A program made the position numbers and the translations under genes. DNA of 62,480 bases, the filler included. It is 3 parts of 3 records of this genome, joined end to end, with 100 filler letters (N's around TTAATTAATTAA, not from the genome) between each part and the next. Parts side by side here need not be neighbours in the genome. Positions count along the whole stretch, not along the records: positions 52,004 to 62,480 come from SRR22947725_842; 2 more parts are not named here. One strand, 5' to 3'. The notes under the pieces are model-generated. The model worked only from the letters and a program-made list of their open reading frames with translations, did not search any database and was not told the origin of the DNA. Shown one piece after another: positions 60,116 to 62,480 of the stretch. Within the stretch, counting starts at the first letter, position 1. The number at the start of each line of letters is the position of its first letter.

Positions 60116-61828
60116 ATGAAAAAAATTTACTCTATAATTTTTTATTTCTCATTTGTAGGAGCTCAAGATAGTTATATTGACTATGTTTCTCCTTTTCATC
60201 CTTCCTCAAGCTCAAGCGGGATGGTCGTTTCTCAAAACTACTTATCTTCAGAAATTGGTATAGAAATTTTAAATAAAGGAGGAAATGCAATTGATGCTGC
60301 TGTTGCTGTAGGATTTTCTCTGGCAACTACATTGCCTAGAGCAGGAAATCTTGGTGGTGGTGGCTTTATGTTAGTTTATTTAAAAGAAAGAAATGAAATT
60401 TTTTATATTGACTATCGAAGTAAATCCCCACTTAACTCAAATATTAAAGAATTATTTAACAAGAAATTGCCGAGAGATTATAAAAGAGTAAATTTTGATA
60501 TTGTTAAAAAAGGCTATAAAGCATCTGCAGTTCCTGGAAGTGTGGCTGGATTGTTAGATGCCCATGCTGCATTTGGAAAATTACCCCTTCAAGATATTCT
60601 TGAGCCTGTTATAAATCAAGCGCTTGCAGGTATAGAGGTTAGTTATGATTTAAATAAGGCAATTGAGAGCAGTCAGCAACTCAAGGAAGACCCAGAGTCT
60701 AAAAGAATTTATTACAAGGATGGTAAAGCGCTTAAAGTTGGGTCAATAATGAAGAGACCAGATTTAGCAAATACATTCACTATTATTTCAAAAAATGGGA
60801 AGAAGGGCTTTTATGAGGGAGAAATCGCTAATAAGTTTGTTGACTCTATGAAAAAGAATAAAGGTTTTTTTTCACATGAAGATTTACTTTCATATAAATC
60901 AACCACGAGTCATCCAATAGTTGGTTCTTATAGAAATAACTTAGTCTTTACAGCAGGTCCGCCTTCAGGTGGTGGCGTTGTTCTTTTAACAGCTTTAAAT
61001 ATCCTTAGTTTTTATGACCTTTCGTTACTGGATAGCAACTCTGCAAAAACATATCATTTATTGGCTGAAGCATTAAGAAGGGGTCATAACAACAGATCAC
61101 ATCAGATTGGAGATCCAAATTTATATAATGTACCTATTGATGTTTTACTATCAAAAGAAAGAATGAAAGAATTAGCTAAAGGTTTAAATATGAACAAGGC
61201 TACACCAAGCTCTAAAGTTAAACCTATGAGAGTTCTCAAAGAAAGCAGAGATACTACTCATTATTCAATAATTGATAAAGAAGGCAATGCAGTCTCAAAT
61301 ACCTACACCCTAGGTTACTCATTTGGCTCTGGTGTAACAATTCCTGGTACTGGAATATTGATGAATAATCAGATGAATAATTTTGCTTATAGATATGGGG
61401 ATTCATCGATTGAAGGAAGGGTGGCAAGTCCTGCAAATAGATTTCAGCCCGGAAAAAAGCCAATGAGCACCATGGCTCCATCTATGGTTTTTAATGAGCA
61501 GGGTGAGCTTATGCTAATAACAGGTTCTCCTGGAGGGTCTTATATACCTGCAGCAATATTAAGAGTAGTTTCTGGAGTAATAGATTTTAAGTTAGGTATA
61601 GGCGAGGCAACTATGCTTCCAAGAATACATAAGGATTGGCCTTATTCTGGGCTGGATTATGAAAAAACGATGAGTAAAGATACTGCTGACATATTAACTA
61701 ATTTAGGACACAAGCCAGAAACTAACAAAACTATGGGCAGCACCCAAAGTATTTTTATTAAAGATGGAATTAACTATGGATACTCAGATTTAAGAAGACC
61801 CAATGCAGGAGTTGCAACCCAAGATTAA
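60116..61828 (+). CDS. ggt: periplasmic gamma-glutamyltransferase-family Ntn hydrolase with altered donor pocket
   Basis: GGNAIDAAVA, GNLGGGGF, DYR, AVPG, autoprocessing D|TTHYS, GSPGG and DLRR motifs plus a signal peptide. Confidence 0.93.
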   Translation: MKKIYSIIFYFSFVGAQDSYIDYVSPFHPSSSSSGMVVSQNYLSSEIGIEILNKGGNAIDAAVAVGFSLATTLPRAGNLGGGGFMLVYLKERNEIFYIDYRSKSPLNSNIKELFNKKLPRDYKRVNFDIVKKGYKASAVPGSVAGLLDAHAAFGKLPLQDILEPVINQALAGIEVSYDLNKAIESSQQLKEDPESKRIYYKDGKALKVGSIMKRPDLANTFTIISKNGKKGFYEGEIANKFVDSMKKNKGFFSHEDLLSYKSTTSHPIVGSYRNNLVFTAGPPSGGGVVLLTALNILSFYDLSLLDSNSAKTYHLLAEALRRGHNNRSHQIGDPNLYNVPIDVLLSKERMKELAKGLNMNKATPSSKVKPMRVLKESRDTTHYSIIDKEGNAVSNTYTLGYSFGSGVTIPGTGILMNNQMNNFAYRYGDSSIEGRVASPANRFQPGKKPMSTMAPSMVFNEQGELMLITGSPGGSYIPAAILRVVSGVIDFKLGIGEATMLPRIHKDWPYSGLDYEKTMSKDTADILTNLGHKPETNKTMGSTQSIFIKDGINYGYSDLRRPNAGVATQD

Positions 61829-62479
61829 TTATTTTCTATAATCTAAAGGCGGATCTCTGTCCCCTAAAAGGGGTACGTAATTAAAAGCATTTCCTGTGTT
61901 AGCTTTATGTTCTAATTTTGCTTCTTCAATCAACTCAGGGCTTTTAAACAACTCTATAGCACTCGAGGTTAAGGTTTTAGCAGCTAGTTCAGCACCTTTT
62001 AATCCAATTGACGTTCCTCCGGATGCAACAGCTTGCCATGAATGCGCTGATGTACCAGGCACCCATGAAGAGGTTCTAAAACCGGCTGTTGGAACATTCC
62101 AGCTAATATCTCCAACATCTGTTGACCCATAAGATTGAGTTTTTTGAAAAGGTTGTATCAATTCTTCTTGCCCAAAAAGCTCTTCTTTTAAAACTAATGT
62201 CTTAGCAATACTTTTAGCATATTCTAATTCTTGATCTGTATATGAAATACCACCATGTGACATAAGATTTTTATGTATTAATTTTTGAAGAGTTAGATTT
62301 GGTAGTAAAGAATAATTACCATGCATTACCTCATAGGTTATTTTAGTCTCAGTTCCAAGGGCAGCCCCTTCGGCAGCCTTAACAACTCTTTGAAACAAGC
62401 TTTCAACAATATCCATCTTTGGATGCCTAACATAGTAATAAACCTCAGCCTCTTCAGGAACAACATTTGGAGCCAACCC
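61829..62479 (-). CDS. M20 amidohydrolase, AbgB (p-aminobenzoyl-glutamate hydrolase B)-like, 5'-truncated
   Basis: GLAPNVVP...YYYVR, AEGAALGT, GSTDVGDISWNVPT, PGTSAHSWQ and PPLDYR motifs. Confidence 0.88.
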   Translation of the reverse strand, partial: GLAPNVVPEEAEVYYYVRHPKMDIVESLFQRVVKAAEGAALGTETKITYEVMHGNYSLLPNLTLQKLIHKNLMSHGGISYTDQELEYAKSIAKTLVLKEELFGQEELIQPFQKTQSYGSTDVGDISWNVPTAGFRTSSWVPGTSAHSWQAVASGGTSIGLKGAELAAKTLTSSAIELFKSPELIEEAKLEHKANTGNAFNYVPLLGDRDPPLDYRK

Positions 62480-62480
62480 A

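Noticed and set aside
825-62132. Short ORF-track entries nested in or antisense to long genes (for example 3797-4162, 14304-14651, 30778-31137, 56223-56543)
   Set aside because: They shadow well-supported genes and show no recognisable motifs or translation signals.
1-62480. CRISPR arrays, rRNA, riboswitches, prophage or defence systems, stop-codon recoding
   Set aside because: No repeat-spacer pattern seen, intergenic gaps are too short for large RNAs, no phage or defence motifs were recognised, and all long genes read through under the standard code. A covariance-model scan was not possible.

Overview
The window is not one locus. It is three unrelated AT-rich contigs joined by identical 100-nt artificial linkers (N44-TTAATTAATTAA-N44) at 22233-22332 and 51904-52003. 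Contig 1 (1-22232) looks FCB-group, possibly Marinimicrobia (inferred). It is a single minus-strand run of 24 tightly overlapping housekeeping and envelope genes (dnaB', rel, ruvX, lnt, truA, htrA, tatA, gatA, batA-E, yebC, ruvC, ruvA, gcvT, ftsK, lolA-like, gmhB, ddl, cysS) ending in tRNA-Thr and a partial tRNA-Tyr. Contig 2 (22333-51903) is from a streamlined flavobacterium, judged by TAnnTTTG promoters, a PorV-like T9SS gene and a long SecA. It carries core genes, a GT2/LAB_N/ArnT/PAP2 lipid A modification cluster and a LicD/TagD/LicC/TagF/LPS-kinase cluster. Contig 3 (52004-62480) is gammaproteobacterial, possibly SAR86-like (inferred), with rnhA-dnaQ-gltX followed by a LysR / TonB-dependent receptor / DASS transporter / GGT / M20 amidohydrolase cluster. 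The best candidate for an undescribed system is this last cluster. Its periplasmic GGT has naturally lost the alpha-amino-binding residues (E. coli N411 and D433 equivalents are G and N), which points to an acylase for N-blocked gamma-glutamyl or dicarboxylyl amides rather than glutathione. Also notable is that ddl has no canonical start codon and appears to begin at ATC, one base away from an ATGA overlap. No CRISPR arrays, rRNA genes or mobile elements were seen. All family assignments come from motif recognition by eye, with no database searches.
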